A DNA stretch of 61,864 nucleotides, the filler included, from Collodictyon triciliatum (lineage: Eukaryota): the NCBI GenBank assembly GCA_043381765.1. It is 5 parts of 5 records of this genome, joined end to end, with 100 filler letters (N's around TTAATTAATTAA, not from the genome) between each part and the next. Parts side by side here need not be neighbours in the genome. Positions count along the whole stretch, not along the records: positions 58,284 to 61,864 come from JBHJMP010000147.1; 4 more parts are not named here. One strand, written 5' to 3'. The notes beneath the pieces were generated by a model that saw only the letters and a list, made by a program, of their open reading frames with translations, did no database searches and was not told the DNA's origin. How positions within the stretch are numbered: position 1 is the first letter of the stretch; each line of letters starts with the position of its first letter. This document shows, piece by piece, positions 58,717 to 61,864 of the stretch. The translations under genes and the position numbers were made by a program.

Positions 58717-61650
58717 CTAATCCTGGCCTTCCTCGTGATTGTCCACTTCGCCTTCTGCTTCCTCTTGCTTTTCTCCCTCCGCATTTTCCATGAAGGCTAG
58801 GAGAAGATCTTCGTTTTCACTCTTCATTTTTTCGTGTTCTTCATTTGTTTGCTGCAGTTCAGCTCTCAATCTGTCGATTGTCTCCTGGAGTTGCTGTATG
58901 ATATTGGGATTATGTGATAAAATCTAATTTATAATTTAATTTTAAATTCGATTTCGTCATTTACCTTAGCCTTTATGTCTCTAGATGAAGCGTTCATCAA
59001 TGAGGCCTCAATCTTTTCCAATTCATCGGAATAAGCTTTTTCCTAAAATAAGATAGCCAGGAAGTGATTTTTAAAAGAAAAAAAAGAGTAAGAATAAAGA
59101 TAGAGAATTGCATTTATTATCATTATCATTAATTTTAGTTCGAAGCAATCGATACCTTTTGAATGGAAATGTTCACGGCTTGTTCAACTTCGATAATATT
59201 TTCTTCCAGGTTTGCATTGGCAAGTGATAAGTCATGCAACTGTTGCTTATTCTTTTCAACGAATAAGATGTTGTGTTTCGGTCATGTGCAGGAATGATAG
59301 TGGACATTTAAATGTATGATTGAGTTTTGTATGCGAATTGTGATGCATATTCTTTTAAAAATTAATAAATAAAATAAGCATATAAGTAAATAAATACACA
59401 GAAATACCATGCTAATAGTATTTTCGTAATCCTCAACATTCGAAAAATCCAGCTCTTTTTTTAAATTGGTAAGTTCTTCCTCGGCACTTTTCTTTCTATT
59501 CTGAGCTATGATGAGCTCTGCTTGCAAATCAACAAAGCTTCCATGATCGACGTGATCTTCACTAGCAACAGGGTCTGATTCATTCAATCTTTTTCGGAGC
59601 TCTGCAATCTCTTGTTCCTGGGGTAAGAGAGCATGAAATAAGCATTAATTTTGCAACTAAAAACATGTCACAAATCATGCCGAGAGGTCGGGTTTTGGTT
59701 GAATAACCCAAAGTGGCTGGACCATACCTGTTTCTGAATCAACTCGCTATATGAATTTACAAGTTCAGATAGCGACGATTCGTTCATTCCTGCGGTTGGG
59801 TCCGGCAAATTGTGGATTCGCGGGGTTTTGTAAAGGAGATATATCTTGGCCCGTAATTTTTCTTGGACAAATTGGTACGATTCAGCATAGGATGTCAATG
59901 ACACATTTAATTTGTATTTATCACACTTTATAATAGGACTAACCTATTTGATTCGAATGAAGGGAGAAAAAAAATTGAACCAAACAGACAAACAGACAAA
60001 CAAACAAAAACAAACAAACAAACAAAAACAAACAAACAAAAACAAACAAACAAAAACAAACAAACAAACAAACAAACAAACAAACAAACAAACAAACAAA
60101 CAAACAAACAAACAAACAAACAANNNNNNNNNNNNNNNNNNNNNNNNNNNNNNNNNNNNNNNNNNNNNNNNNNNNNNNNNNNNNNNNNNNNNNNNNNNNN
60201 NNNNNNNNNNNNNNNNNNNNNNNAACAAAACAAAACAAAACAAAACAAAACAAAACAAAACAAAACAAAACAAAACAAAACAAAACAAAACAAAACAAAA
60301 CAAAACAAAACAAAACAACAAACAAAAAAATATACTTATTCAAATTAAAATGCAAATGCAAATGCAAAAAATAAAAATAAAACATGACACACCAAAGAAC
60401 TGCTTTGCCATCGATATGAAAGGCAGGTTAAACATCTCGCGAGTTCCAAAAGCCTCAGGTTGAAAGTTTGTCCGCTTCTTTATAAAAGAAGCATAATTAT
60501 GACAAATAGTATAAACAATGACGAACCATGACCATATACAAGTATGAATATCGCCTACTTTTGTGTTTTCAAATCCTTCGCCACTGCAAAGACTTTCCAT
60601 TTGGTCATAAAATGCTTCCATTCCAATTTTGGACTCTATCATATCCAATATCGCTCGGCTAGGAAATATTTACTATTAATATGAGGAAACAAACTTTGAA
60701 CCATGAGAGTGAAAGAGAAGATAATACAAAAATGGGCAGTCAATGCCATATCACGACTTGAAGCCTTCGAAAGAATTCCTTACAGAATATGACATAATCA
60801 TAATATGATACAAACTTTGTACCTGCTTATAGCTGATATGTCACTTTCGTCATTTGATTCGATGGTTATTGCCAATATGAATGAGCTGAAGCCAGAAACT
60901 AATGTCGTAATCTCTATAAGCTTTTGGTCAATGGTATCCTCAGGTAGCGATACGGTAGCATATTCAACGCACTACAAGACAAAAAATTGTAATTAGAATA
61001 TGATAAAAAAGTAAGATTTTTAGCGTAGATTTGATTTCTCTTCAAATAGGAATATTTTGAATGATTCGTCTGACTGACTGTAGCGGAGAGAAGACGGAGT
61101 TGAATGGAAAAAGGATACTTTGCTGAGATTTACTGGAACTTGAAGGAAGCTCAATACAGCTTTGGGGCAACCCTCCATCCATAAACATAAGACAATGAAC
61201 ATACTCATCAATACAAGGTCTGGTGGGGTTTGGTTTTTTCCTTTCTTTTCGGGTGGCTATGAGCAAAGAAATAACTAGGCCTTAGTTACACAATAGTTTT
61301 ATTTTATTTTATTTTTTTTTTAAAAAAAAGAATAGATTAGAATAACTATCTTGAAACGACCCTGCTTGGGTTGATTGTGTGTATGAAAATGATTTCAAAG
61401 AAAAACAATGAACGCGGGAAAAGATATATGTATATATCAACAGCAGAGATGATGGCAAAATAGAGGGAAAACACAGGAAACTCAGTCCTATAATATTAGT
61501 CTAAATGTATTTAACAACTCAATATTTTGGAAAAAAACTTTGAACACTTTACATCAGAGAGGCTTGATTCATCTTCTATCTCGTTCCTTCTTGTACAGAT
61601 ACCGCAGTATCTCCAAATTTGTCTCGTCAAGTGATGGATGAGTAGGTTGG
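58717..61650 (-). CDS. USO1: Vesicle tether Uso1/p115, 5'-partial, multi-exon
   Basis: Head-domain blocks IVLCLWMEGCPKAVLSFLQVPVNL, RAILDMIESKIGMEAFYDQM and MFNLPFISMAKQFF, then coiled-coil exons, EDLLLAF and an acidic tail EGEKQEEAEGEVDNHEEGQD*. Confidence 0.75.
59980..60325. repeat. (AAAC)n / (AAAAC)n intronic repeat spanning a gap
   Basis: Directly visible. Confidence 0.9.
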
Positions 61651-61756
61651 ATGATAATGCATTCTCTGGTATATGTAGTCAATTAATAAAGCAAATGAAA
61701 TGACGAAAACAAGCATAAATAAAATAGATTCCATAGAAGAAAAAGTTTATATCGGG

Positions 61757-61864
61757 TAAAGAGTAAAAGAGTAAAAGAGTAAAAGAGTAAAAGAGTAAAA
61801 GAGTAAAAGAGTAAAAGAGTAAAAGAGTAAAAGAGTAAAAGAGTAAAAGAGTAAAAGAGTAAAA
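61757..61864. repeat. (GAGTAAAA)n 8-mer repeat running off the window
   Basis: Directly visible. Confidence 0.95.

Overview
This is intron-rich eukaryotic genomic DNA, most likely from a flagellated aerobic protist: it carries CFAP61 (axoneme) and NDUFA12 (complex I). The window is not contiguous. Four artificial 100-bp N44-TTAATTAATTAA-N44 linkers join five separate sequences, and there are several more N gaps. Genes reconstructed by hand from GT-AG exons in the standard code: a YitH-like GNAT acetyltransferase, a membrane-anchored alkaline phosphatase, two large coiled-coil proteins (one with about 39 copies of a 14-aa repeat), xylulokinase, a bacterial-type cysteine synthase B (CysM) with at least 9 introns, an LRR/Cys-rich/multi-TM receptor-like protein, CFAP61 (partial), an HIR-type SPFH protein, NDUFA12, USO1/p115 (partial) and two uncharacterised genes. 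There is one tRNA-Glu(CUC). Several decayed non-LTR (LINE) relics are present. The most notable observation is a LINE 3' fragment abutting the tRNA terminator. The same element's 3'-terminal ~26 bp also sits in a cysM intron between perfect 18-bp target-site duplications. All assignments come from manual motif recognition; no searches were run.
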